A stretch of DNA of 61,029 bases, the filler included. It is 7 parts of 7 records of this genome, joined end to end, with 100 filler letters (N's around TTAATTAATTAA, not from the genome) between each part and the next. Parts side by side here need not be neighbours in the genome. Positions count along the whole stretch, not along the records: positions 1 to 7,095 come from DRR723986_54869; positions 7,196 to 18,370 come from DRR723986_55514; 5 more parts are not named here. One strand, given 5' to 3'. Under the pieces are notes generated by a model that did not search any database, was not told the DNA's origin, and saw nothing but the letters and a program-made list of their open reading frames with translations. The translations under genes and the position numbers were made by a program. Each line of letters begins with the position of its first letter. Positions within the stretch are counted from its first letter, which is position 1. Positions 1 through 8,847 of this stretch are shown piece by piece.

Positions 1-215
1 TACACTTACACACTTAATGGGATGCTGCCACTGCACTGGGTAGGATTTGTAATTCCACCCTGCTATTCATCTGAAATAAAGACTTTTTTTTTAAACCCAA
101 AATCACCCTTTGTTTTTCCATTGAATTAGCCATTTCTTTAACCTTAGTTATCTGTTTTATTAATTCTATTTTTCCTCATCTCTAAATCTAATTTTATTTC
201 AGCATCGAGATTATT

Positions 216-566
216 TTATGACTTCCAAATTGAAGCAGCAGTCAATCTTATAACTCGTGTATTATTCTTGTTATTAAATTCTTTATTGTAAGCTAAAACA
301 AATAGAGGGAGTTTAACACTATATGTTGATTTAATCGTGCCAACAACTGTTTGCTGAAAGCCAAAACTCTCGATTTGCTTTTTGTAAATGTGTACCACAC
401 CACCATCTTTATCTTCTCCTAAAAAATTTCCTGAAGACGTCCAATTCCCATTAATAACTTCTATAAATTCAAGTATCCGTTCGCTCATAATTGTTTTTTT
501 AACACTCAATGACCTTTCCAGGAAAATTTCTCTAGAACTCATTTTATAAAGAACTCCTCCCCACAA
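216..566 (-). CDS. hypothetical protein (start uncertain)
   Basis: 116-aa ORF in AT-rich DNA; no recognisable motif. Confidence 0.45.
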   Translation of the reverse strand: MWGGVLYKMSSREIFLERSLSVKKTIMSERILEFIEVINGNWTSSGNFLGEDKDGGVVHIYKKQIESFGFQQTVVGTIKSTYSVKLPLFVLAYNKEFNNKNNTRVIRLTAASIWKS

Positions 567-695
567 TAGATTAAGGATTTGAATCCTGATAAATTTCTCT
601 TGACCTGTCTAAAAACTAACCCATTAATGAGTAATTTTGAACTACCAATTCAAGCAAACAGCTTCCTTTACTTGATTATTAATCATGAATTGAAT

Positions 696-1334
696 ATGAT
701 TTTGAAAAAGCACCTAATTTTTCTTGTTTTCCTATTTCTAACTTCCTTTAGCTACGGGCAAAGTAAGGAAGAATTGGTTGCCCAGAGCTTTGAAAGATAC
801 AAAAATTGCATACTTGAAAATCGAGGAGCAGATGCTGCAGAACTTGTTTCAATAAGGACTTTAGATTTTTACCAATCAACAATTAAACATGCTATTGAAT
901 CTGATAGTTCTACTGTCGATAATCTACCATTTTTTGATAAATTCAATGTGCTTTTGATTAGGCATCTTTTTCCTAAGGAAGAGATATTAAAATTGGATCC
1001 TAAATCATTTTTCAAATATGCCTCAGAACAAGATCTTTTTGGAAAGGAAAGTATTTTAAAATCTCACCTAGGGGAAGTGAAAATCAATGGGAAATTTGCA
1101 ACTGGACCTATGCTGATCGGAGATAAAGAAATGCCCCTTTCTTTTCATTTCTATGAAGAGGAGATGATGTGGAAGTTTGACCTTGTTTCATTAATGAGAA
1201 AGTCAACAACTTATATTACAACCTTTATCAATTCATCTGAATACACATTAAATGAATACATTACGGAAACTTTATTCATGTCAAACGGCATTCAGCCAAG
1301 AATCAATATCTGGGACCCAATTAAAGGCTTATAA
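696..1334 (+). CDS. secreted hypothetical protein
   Basis: ATG at 696 gives a signal-peptide-like N-terminus MILKKHLIFLVFLFLTSFSYG-Q. Confidence 0.7.
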   Translation: MILKKHLIFLVFLFLTSFSYGQSKEELVAQSFERYKNCILENRGADAAELVSIRTLDFYQSTIKHAIESDSSTVDNLPFFDKFNVLLIRHLFPKEEILKLDPKSFFKYASEQDLFGKESILKSHLGEVKINGKFATGPMLIGDKEMPLSFHFYEEEMMWKFDLVSLMRKSTTYITTFINSSEYTLNEYITETLFMSNGIQPRINIWDPIKGL

Positions 1335-1362
1335 TGCAGTCACCAATTTTCAATTGGTTTTA

Positions 1363-1800
1363 CTACCTCACCCTGTCCTTCTTCCTAATAGCATAGCGTA
1401 TCAAGAGTAAGGATGAGGCAGTAGTATGACCAGGCGGATATCCTTTTATCTTCCTTATCACCTCTCCTATATCATCTATTACCTCTTCATTCTTGAAACT
1501 TAGGATCTGGATCCCAAATTCCTGGATCACTTGATCTCTGTTAAGATCATGTTCTTTTTGTTCCAATCCATCATGCACACCTCCATCCAGTTCTATAACT
1601 AAACTTAATTCGTGACAATAGAAGTCAGCAATGTATTTGTATATAGGATGCTGGCGACGAAACTTAAAGCCATCCAGTTGTCTGTTTTGAAGAATGGCCC
1701 AGAGCTTTCTCTCGGCAGGTGTTAAGCTGTTCCTCAGCTCTTTTGCTTTTTGGTGTGTGGCTGCTGACGCACCGTAGAAGAGGTTGGAGGAGTAGAGCAA
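1363..1800 (-). CDS. DUF559 / Vsr-like endonuclease domain protein
   Basis: AKELRNSLTPAERKLW, KFRRQHPI, YIADFYC, LVIELDGGVH motifs. Confidence 0.9.
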   Translation of the reverse strand: MLYSSNLFYGASAATHQKAKELRNSLTPAERKLWAILQNRQLDGFKFRRQHPIYKYIADFYCHELSLVIELDGGVHDGLEQKEHDLNRDQVIQEFGIQILSFKNEEVIDDIGEVIRKIKGYPPGHTTASSLLLIRYAIRKKDRVR

Positions 1801-1801
1801 A

Positions 1802-2482
1802 TTAAATGGTTGAAATTCTATTACAGTTGGATTCTATGTTATCAAAATCTTTGAAAAACTTGTTCAATTCTGGGTTTATCCAATCTAAAAGTTTATATAA
1901 AACTGTTCTTATCTCAAGTGCCTCTGTACAATCAATAGTATGTCCAGAGAAACAAAGTGGTTCGCAATGGTTTACCCGATTCCGAAAATTTTTTATGGTC
2001 TCTAATTTTGCATGGATTGATGCCCTATTTTCAGAAGCTAACTTAAGTGGGAAGACATGGATGGGACTGCCAGACACCAGTCCATAATGATGAGGAATAA
2101 AAAATGAAACCCAAAATCCAAAAGTTTGATCAGCAATTAGCTTTCCCGATGTGATTGGAATACCCCTTAGATGCAGTTTTCTCTCTGTTTTTACTAAACA
2201 AGTCCTCAGAAAAAAGTGCGAAGTTCTTAATGAGGAATGCGACATAAAACCAGTTTTTTGATTTATTATCCAATCTGAGTCCGAAAAATTAGAAATAAGT
2301 ACTTCATTCAAACTATTTCTAAAAATCACCTCAAATTGACTTAGCAAGGGATGAAATGCCTGTGCTAATCTCATATTGGCTCGATATAGCCTCTTGGCGG
2401 ACACAAGGTTATTTCCAGTTGCTAATAGGTATCTATTGTACCTTGCCCTCGATAAGTATTTGTTTCTAAGAATAACTTTCAT
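1802..2482 (-). CDS. Abi family (Abi_2, AbiD/AbiF-like) HEPN RNase
   Basis: LSRARYNRY, LYRANMRLAQAF, FEVIFRN, TFGFW and HEPN R-x4-H motif RNRVNHCEP. Confidence 0.85.
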   Translation of the reverse strand: MKVILRNKYLSRARYNRYLLATGNNLVSAKRLYRANMRLAQAFHPLLSQFEVIFRNSLNEVLISNFSDSDWIINQKTGFMSHSSLRTSHFFLRTCLVKTERKLHLRGIPITSGKLIADQTFGFWVSFFIPHHYGLVSGSPIHVFPLKLASENRASIHAKLETIKNFRNRVNHCEPLCFSGHTIDCTEALEIRTVLYKLLDWINPELNKFFKDFDNIESNCNRISTI

Positions 2483-2632
2483 TTATCTGAGTTTTTGGAG
2501 TTTCACTACTGCTCCATGAGCTGAAATTAATATCCGGTACTTTGACAGAAAATATAGAAAAATTGATAAACCTCTTTTTATAAATTTATACAAAAACACA
2601 AAATGACTTTTAACTAAGTTAGATAATTCACG

Positions 2633-2640
2633 TATATTTG
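2633..2640 (+). promoter_or_regulatory. Bacteroidota -7 promoter element (TAnnTTTG)
   Basis: TATATTTG matches the consensus; it points away from the abi gene and no ORF follows. Confidence 0.6.
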
Positions 2641-2645
2641 TACTG

Positions 2646-2721
2646 TTAGGTCTGATCAAGCCTCTTTCAGAAATGAAACGTAATCAGATAAAAGAATTGG
2701 CCCCTTTTTAGGGGCCTTTTG
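2646..2721 (+). ncRNA. candidate small structured RNA divergent from the abi gene (possible antitoxin)
   Basis: Upstream promoter element; TCTGAT 2651-2656 pairs with ATCAGA 2683-2688 and encloses a TTTCA-GAAA-TGAAA hairpin; ends in an intrinsic terminator. Confidence 0.55.
2699..2721. terminator. intrinsic terminator, possibly bidirectional
   Basis: GGCCCCT-TTTT-AGGGGCC followed by TTTT on the + strand; lies downstream of the minus-strand HNH gene. Confidence 0.75.
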
Positions 2722-2765
2722 TATTTAAAATCTAAAGAGGATATTTTTCATCTTCCACTAAGCTT

Positions 2766-3713
2766 TCAACCCAAAAACATCCCTCTGTGCCTTTCCAAAT
2801 TCTCTTGACTTGGCCATAGGTGTTTTTCACTGGGAAGTATAATTTTCCTCCCCTTAAGCTTAGCTAATCCATAAGGATGGCATAGATCTTCAATTACCTG
2901 ATCTGAAACCATGACTCTATAATCTTGATCTATAGCAACGAGTCCGCTATCAAATGCTCGATGCAGATTAGGACAAAGAGCAATTCCGTTGCTGACACGA
3001 TCATCCTGAGTACGACTAAAAGGAACAATATGGCAGGCATCAATCAGAGATCTTCCATTAATCGTACTCACTTTCATTCCTGTTATAGCACAGGTGCTTT
3101 GATAGATTTTGGGCACCACCTTTTTAAAAGTACAATTTCTAACATATACCACTTCTTCCTCTGCTACTTGCAGGCGCATTACTTTGGGCACTTCATTGAG
3201 GACGTATTGCTGCACTTCTTTCAAGTATTTTCCTTGTTCCCTGTTCGATGTAAAATAGTGATCAGTTGAGCCAGGAAAATAATGTTTGACTAGTATTTTC
3301 CTAAGCTCTTCTCTACTCTCCTTCACAGTTAAAATCTGAAAAACTGGTTCAAAAAAGAAAGCATATTCAACCAATTCTGAGAGGGTCTGAATACTTCTAA
3401 TATGCTTGGTTAACTGAAATCCAGGAAACGTCTTCAAAAACCAGAAAGAAGTGCTATCTACTTTATCATTCTGTAGGTGGTAGAAAGGAAGGGTGAAATC
3501 TTCTACAAAGCCAGCTGAGGCTAATATTTCCCAATTTTCATGAAAGGTAGAAACAAAGATATCATCGATATAAAACCTATTATCAGCACCGTACCCCCTA
3601 TCTAGCAAATCTAGAAGTGTCAATAGCAAAATGGGCTTATGGGGAGCAAGTCCATAGGGAGTAGAGCCTCTATTAAGTTTGGTTAAGCCAATAAAAACTC
3701 TTTCTATATTCAT
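2766..3713 (-). CDS. SBD-HNH putative modification-dependent restriction endonuclease
   Basis: N-terminal APHKPILLL and PFYHL resemble the sulfur-binding domain; C-terminal CAITG...DACHIVP...NGIALCPNLHRAFD is an HNH domain. Confidence 0.8.
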   Translation of the reverse strand: MNIERVFIGLTKLNRGSTPYGLAPHKPILLLTLLDLLDRGYGADNRFYIDDIFVSTFHENWEILASAGFVEDFTLPFYHLQNDKVDSTSFWFLKTFPGFQLTKHIRSIQTLSELVEYAFFFEPVFQILTVKESREELRKILVKHYFPGSTDHYFTSNREQGKYLKEVQQYVLNEVPKVMRLQVAEEEVVYVRNCTFKKVVPKIYQSTCAITGMKVSTINGRSLIDACHIVPFSRTQDDRVSNGIALCPNLHRAFDSGLVAIDQDYRVMVSDQVIEDLCHPYGLAKLKGRKIILPSEKHLWPSQENLERHRGMFLG

Positions 3714-3876
3714 CTATGAAATATCTTCGAATACCAAACTAACTAGAATTTACGATTTCACAAGTCAGGTATAGGTGAAAGAAATAGTACGAAAGCAAGT
3801 CTACCTTTTGCTTAAATCGAAAGAATTAGTCTATTTCAGGATACACAACAGACTTCTCCCAGCTAACTTTTTCAAT

Positions 3877-6800
3877 ATGCAAGAAGGAATTTATGAATCT
3901 CTGATATCCAAGCTCGTGCAATCAAAGCTTGATGAGTTGGATCAAGAGGTATTTTTTGTAGATCAAAAACCCATCGATAAAGCTGAAGCCAAGGATGTGC
4001 TTTCACAGTATTTCTCGGTAGTGCTCAAAAGGGCGCTTTCCTATCTATCAGGTGATGATGCAGTATTGAAGCAGATCGAATTGGTCAACAAACTAATCTT
4101 CTTAATCAAACAAGAACTAGATGAAGAGGATTTTGAGCAAGATCTACTAGCCCTGAATACTAGTTTTCTGACTGCTATCTATTCAAAACTAGACCTTGGA
4201 GTTTCAGACTTCCAATTGTTTCTCAAAAGCATCACTCCAGAATCAAGGTTGATCTTCAGTTCACTGATCACCGGAGGCGGTGGCCCCAAGAAACTCCAAA
4301 TGGACGGGGAATTACAAAAAGAAATCAGTTCCTCGGATCGCATAGATTTTTTGGTGTCTTTTATCAAGTGGGAAGGACTTAGACTTCTGATGCCGCAATT
4401 GGAAGAGTTCACTAAAAAAGGTGGAAAGCTTCGATTAATTACCACCACCTATGTGGGTGCTACAGATGCTAAAAGCGTGGAATTTCTAGCTAATCTTCCC
4501 AATACAGAAGTCAAGGTTTCCTACAATACCAAAAATGAGCGGGTACACGTCAAGGCGTACCTATTTTATAGAAATACGGGTTTTCATACTGCCTATATAG
4601 GATCTTCCAATCTTTCTAAATCTGCATTAACCAAAGGCTTAGAGTGGAATGTGAAGCTTAGCAATAAGGAAATACCTCAGGTGATAGAAACGGCTCAGCA
4701 TACCTTTGATACCTACTGGAATAGTAAAGATTTTGAAACTTATGACCATACTCGGCACTCTGAAAAATTGAAAGAGGCGCTTAAAGAAGGTCGATTTGGA
4801 GGTGGAGAAGGTATTGAAATCAATCTGGGATATTTTGATCTAAAGCCTTATACCTTCCAAGAAGAAATACTCGAAAAGTTGGAAGTAGAACGTTCAGTTC
4901 ATGGGAGGTTTAGAAATTTGTTAGTAGCCGCTACTGGAACAGGTAAGACGATAATTTCTGCTTTTGATTTCAAACGATTTTATCAGAAAAATCCAGCTGC
5001 CAAACTGCTATTTGTGGCTCATAGAAAAGAAATTCTACAGCAAGCTATGGGTACATTTCGAGGTGTTTTAAAGGATAATAATTTCGGTGAACTCTGGGCA
5101 GATGGTGAAGAGCCTACACAATACAAACAGGTCTTTGCATCGGTGCTAACACTGAATAATAGATTAGAGAATCTAGAATTATCTGCAGGCTACTTTGATT
5201 TCATAATTGTAGATGAGGTGCATCACATTACTGCCAACAGCTACCGTCCTATTCTTCATAAGTTTAAACCTCAGATATTGCTAGGACTTACTGCTACTCC
5301 TGAACGAATGGATGGGGCAGATATTTTGGAAGATTTTTGCGATCATATTGCTGCAGAGATCAGGCTTCCGGAGGCATTAAATCAAAAGTTGCTCTGCCCA
5401 TTCAATTACTTTGGAATCTCTGATACTGTAGATCTATCTAATGTTTCCTGGTCAAGAGGTAGGTACATGCCTTCTGAACTCAGTAACCTATACACTAGTA
5501 ATGATCAGCGAGTTGGGAATATCATTGGATCACTGGATAAGTATGTGACCGATATTCAAGAAGTAAGGGCTTTAGGGTTTTGTGTCAGTCAAGAACATGC
5601 TCAGTTTATGGCTGAAAAATTCAAACTAGCAAAGTTAAAAGCAGATTACTTAGTGAGTGGGAGAAATGATAACCGTCAACACATTCGAAATAGATTACGG
5701 AATAAGGAAATCAATTATTTGTTTGTAGTGGATATTTTCAATGAAGGTGTTGATATCCCAGAGATTGATACTGTGCTATTTTTAAGACCTACGGAGAGTT
5801 TAACAGTATTCTTGCAGCAGCTCGGAAGAGGACTTCGATTAGCTGATGGGAAGGACTGTTTGACTGTGTTGGATTTCGTGGGTAATGCTAGATCAGAATA
5901 TGACTTTGAAGGGAAGTATCGGGCGATGATAGGAAAGACAAACACCTCCATTAAAAGTGAATTAGAGCATAATTTCCAACATGTTCCCTTGGGGTGTTCC
6001 ATCATTCTAGAAAAGCAAGCTAGAGAAACGATCTTGAATAACATCAGGGCTTCTATTAGTCCAAATAGGAATCAGTTGATCCAGAAGATTAAGAACTTCA
6101 AACACCAATCTGACCTGCCCTTAACTCTAAAGAACTTTATACAGCTTTATCAATTTCCATTAGAAACTATTTATAAACGCTGGGTTTGGCAGAGTCTAAT
6201 TTTTGAAGCTCAGGTATCAACTAAGCCTGATTCAACCAATGAAAAACAATGGCAAAGCTGTGTTAATAAGAAATGGCTTTCTACAGAATCCTATTCCTAT
6301 TTTAAGTTTATCCTTGGGCTAGCTAAGAAAGACTTTCAAGTAGTGATGGGTGATTTGTCAGAAATTGAAAAAAGCATGTGCCTGATGCTTCACTATGATT
6401 TTTGGCAGAATGCTGGAGGTTTCAAGTCTTTAGAAGCAAGTATTAAGGCAATTGGGAAGAACCAAGGGCTGGTTAAAGAGATGATTGAAGTCTTGGAGAT
6501 CAGAATGGATCAGATTGGTTTTATGGAATTAGAAATTGATCTTCCATATGAACAGCCATTGAAGGTGCATAGCAGATACACTAGAGATCAAATACTGGCG
6601 GCATTCGGGTTCAGTACTTTTGAATCTAAATCCTCTAATCGAGAAGGAGTAGCTGATAATAGCGAACTGAATACAGAACTTATATTTATTGATCTGAATA
6701 AATCTGATGAGCACTACTCTCCCACGACCATGTATGAGGACTATGCTTTGAATGAAACCTTATTTCACTGGCAGTCTCAAAATTCAGCCCGTCCAGATTC

Positions 6801-7029
6801 AGGTAAAGGACTGAGCTATATTCAGCATAAAGCTAGCGGCAAGAGAATCTTACTTTTCGTTCGTGAGGAGAGGCAAAACCAATATAAAAACACTATGGGT
6901 TATGTGTTTATAGGAGAAGGAAATCTTCAGGATCATTATGGTTCGAAGCCGATGAGTATTAATTGGGAGTTGAATGAACCCATACCCCCACTCCTTTACC
7001 AGGCATCGGCAAAGCTATCGGCGGGGTGA
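3877..7029 (+). CDS. PLD nuclease-SF2 helicase-DUF3427 protein (SauUSI-like)
   Basis: HVKAYLF...GSSNLS (PLD), ATGTGKT, DEVH, TATPER, QQLGRGLR, C-terminal YEDYALNETLFHWQSQ. Confidence 0.9.
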   Translation: MQEGIYESLISKLVQSKLDELDQEVFFVDQKPIDKAEAKDVLSQYFSVVLKRALSYLSGDDAVLKQIELVNKLIFLIKQELDEEDFEQDLLALNTSFLTAIYSKLDLGVSDFQLFLKSITPESRLIFSSLITGGGGPKKLQMDGELQKEISSSDRIDFLVSFIKWEGLRLLMPQLEEFTKKGGKLRLITTTYVGATDAKSVEFLANLPNTEVKVSYNTKNERVHVKAYLFYRNTGFHTAYIGSSNLSKSALTKGLEWNVKLSNKEIPQVIETAQHTFDTYWNSKDFETYDHTRHSEKLKEALKEGRFGGGEGIEINLGYFDLKPYTFQEEILEKLEVERSVHGRFRNLLVAATGTGKTIISAFDFKRFYQKNPAAKLLFVAHRKEILQQAMGTFRGVLKDNNFGELWADGEEPTQYKQVFASVLTLNNRLENLELSAGYFDFIIVDEVHHITANSYRPILHKFKPQILLGLTATPERMDGADILEDFCDHIAAEIRLPEALNQKLLCPFNYFGISDTVDLSNVSWSRGRYMPSELSNLYTSNDQRVGNIIGSLDKYVTDIQEVRALGFCVSQEHAQFMAEKFKLAKLKADYLVSGRNDNRQHIRNRLRNKEINYLFVVDIFNEGVDIPEIDTVLFLRPTESLTVFLQQLGRGLRLADGKDCLTVLDFVGNARSEYDFEGKYRAMIGKTNTSIKSELEHNFQHVPLGCSIILEKQARETILNNIRASISPNRNQLIQKIKNFKHQSDLPLTLKNFIQLYQFPLETIYKRWVWQSLIFEAQVSTKPDSTNEKQWQSCVNKKWLSTESYSYFKFILGLAKKDFQVVMGDLSEIEKSMCLMLHYDFWQNAGGFKSLEASIKAIGKNQGLVKEMIEVLEIRMDQIGFMELEIDLPYEQPLKVHSRYTRDQILAAFGFSTFESKSSNREGVADNSELNTELIFIDLNKSDEHYSPTTMYEDYALNETLFHWQSQNSARPDSGKGLSYIQHKASGKRILLFVREERQNQYKNTMGYVFIGEGNLQDHYGSKPMSINWELNEPIPPLLYQASAKLSAG

Positions 7030-7040
7030 TCTTTGAATTT

Positions 7041-7091
7041 GGCTAAAGCCGGGGTTAGGGGGAGAATCGAAAATAGGAATGGGCTAAAGCC
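7041..7091. repeat. pair of short palindromic REP-like units
   Basis: GGCTAAAGCC at 7041-7050 and 7082-7091, next to the contig end. Confidence 0.45.
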
Positions 7092-7095
7092 ACAT

Positions 7096-7195
7096 NNNNN
7101 NNNNNNNNNNNNNNNNNNNNNNNNNNNNNNNNNNNNNNNTTAATTAATTAANNNNNNNNNNNNNNNNNNNNNNNNNNNNNNNNNNNNNNNNNNNN
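7096..7195. other. artificial contig linker
   Basis: N run with central TTAATTAATTAA (stops in all six frames). Confidence 0.99.
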
Positions 7196-7225
7196 TAAAC
7201 AGAGCTAAACAGAGCTAAACAGAGC
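7196..7225 (+). repeat. 10-bp tandem repeat x3
   Basis: (TAAACAGAGC)3 at the contig start. Confidence 0.85.
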
Positions 7226-7491
7226 ACCACGGTGCACCCACTCCGTCAGGTTGAACACTTTACTAACAGTACGCTTTTTCGCTTTCGACACGCAGGATGC
7301 GACGGGCGAGTTGGAAACAGGGACGCTAGACGAGTAGAGATGTCGCCCGAAGTCCATGAGTGCAGCAGAATCTCAATTCACGACTTCAGACGCCGCAGGT
7401 ATAAGTCCCGGGCTGACGCCCGCAACCGCAGCGGATTAGAATCTTGGATCAAGTTAGATCACCTAATCGTGCACAATCGAATGGACTCGCA

Positions 7492-7947
7492 ATGATTCGG
7501 CCGACCAAAGAAACTGATTTTGACGGATTGCTTGGCCTGGCGACTGCTTCAGGGCTATTCGAGCCGGACCAGACAGAGACGCTTGATCAAATGCTTCGAT
7601 CCCCCGAAGACAATGATGTTTGGTTCACGGACGAGATCTCAGGTGCTCCCGTTGGCGTAGCCTACGTTGCGCCGGAGAAAATGACTTACGGAACATGGAA
7701 CCTCTATCTGATTGCTGTGGAACCGCAGTACCAGCGTCAAGGCCGGGGCGCGGCGATACTTGGGCACGTTGAGACCTGGCTAAGAGAAAGACAACAAAGG
7801 CTTCTGCTCGTTGAAACTGCGGGAGTCGCAGAGTTCGAGCATGTTAGGAAGTTCTATGCTAAGCATGGTTTTGAGGAAGAGGCTCGAATCCGCGACTTCT
7901 ACGAGTCGGGTGTTGATAAAGTGGTTTTTCGCAAGCTGCTAAGCTGA
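7492..7947 (+). CDS. GNAT family N-acetyltransferase
   Basis: IAVEPQYQRQGRGAAIL acetyl-CoA motif; RKFYAKHGF. Confidence 0.9.
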   Translation: MIRPTKETDFDGLLGLATASGLFEPDQTETLDQMLRSPEDNDVWFTDEISGAPVGVAYVAPEKMTYGTWNLYLIAVEPQYQRQGRGAAILGHVETWLRERQQRLLLVETAGVAEFEHVRKFYAKHGFEEEARIRDFYESGVDKVVFRKLLS

Positions 7948-8271
7948 TCGCGGTCCAGCGACGACAGGTTGAGTCGATCGACGAGCTAGTCGACAGTTTT
8001 GCCCCAGCAGATTCGGTAGCAAGTAATGCGCATGCTCGCTCGCGTTCCAATTTGCGCTCTAGTTCATGGACGAGACCAAGCCTTTGCTGCCAGTCTTGAA
8101 CGTCTTCGGCTCGGCATATCGTGAAGTTAAAGCTCGAAAAGGCCAACTCAGGCTCAAATTCTGGGAAAATTTCTTTGGCGTGTGAAAGATTCGGGATCGG
8201 TGGTCGTGTAGCTTTGTGAATGGCGAGATCAGACGGACGATCGGCAAGCCAGGACACTAGCGGAAACGAGC

Positions 8272-8847
8272 ATGAATTTACCCGATACCAGAGTCACTTT
8301 GCTAAATCGCCTGCGAAACCCCGCAGATACGACAGCATGGACTGAATTCTGTGCAATCTACGAAAGAGCCATATACCAAACGGCTCTCAAGCGTGGATTG
8401 CAGGATGCGGATGCTCGCGAAGTCTCGCAAGAGGTGCTGCTTTCAGTTAGTCGGAGAGTTCACACGTTTGATCCCTCTCGTACGGAACGTTTCCGCGCCT
8501 GGTTAGGAACCATTGCTCGCAATGCGACGATCGACCACCTTCGCAAAGCGACTCGCCAGCCCGAGGGGCTTGTTGACGAGGGGAAGTGCTTGGCCGATGA
8601 CGATGATTCGCTGTTTGATCTAGCCGCCAAACGTGAAATTTTTACCTGGGCCGCCAAACAGGTGCAGACCTCGGTTACGGATGTCACCTGGCAAGCATTC
8701 TGGCTGACCAGTGCCAAGAACGTTCCGGCCGCCGAAGTTGCTCGCCAGCTTTCGATGACAGTTGGCAATGTCTACGTAGCGAGATGCCGCGTACTTTCCA
8801 AGATTCGTGAAATCGCAAATCAATACCGCCAGGAGGCAGAATCATGA
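8272..8847 (+). CDS. ECF RNA polymerase sigma factor
   Basis: AWTEFCAIY, DAREVSQEV, FRAWLGTIARN, region 4 AEVARQLSMTVGNVYVARCR. Confidence 0.93.
   Translation: MNLPDTRVTLLNRLRNPADTTAWTEFCAIYERAIYQTALKRGLQDADAREVSQEVLLSVSRRVHTFDPSRTERFRAWLGTIARNATIDHLRKATRQPEGLVDEGKCLADDDDSLFDLAAKREIFTWAAKQVQTSVTDVTWQAFWLTSAKNVPAAEVARQLSMTVGNVYVARCRVLSKIREIANQYRQEAES

Noticed and set aside
140-218. Stop-codon readthrough of the 216-566 ORF
   Set aside because: Only about 24 further open codons follow, which could be chance without homologue evidence.
7859-8257. 132-aa minus-strand ORF
   Set aside because: It overlaps the GNAT 3' end, starts within 15 nt of the sigma start and has no motif, so it cannot be supported.
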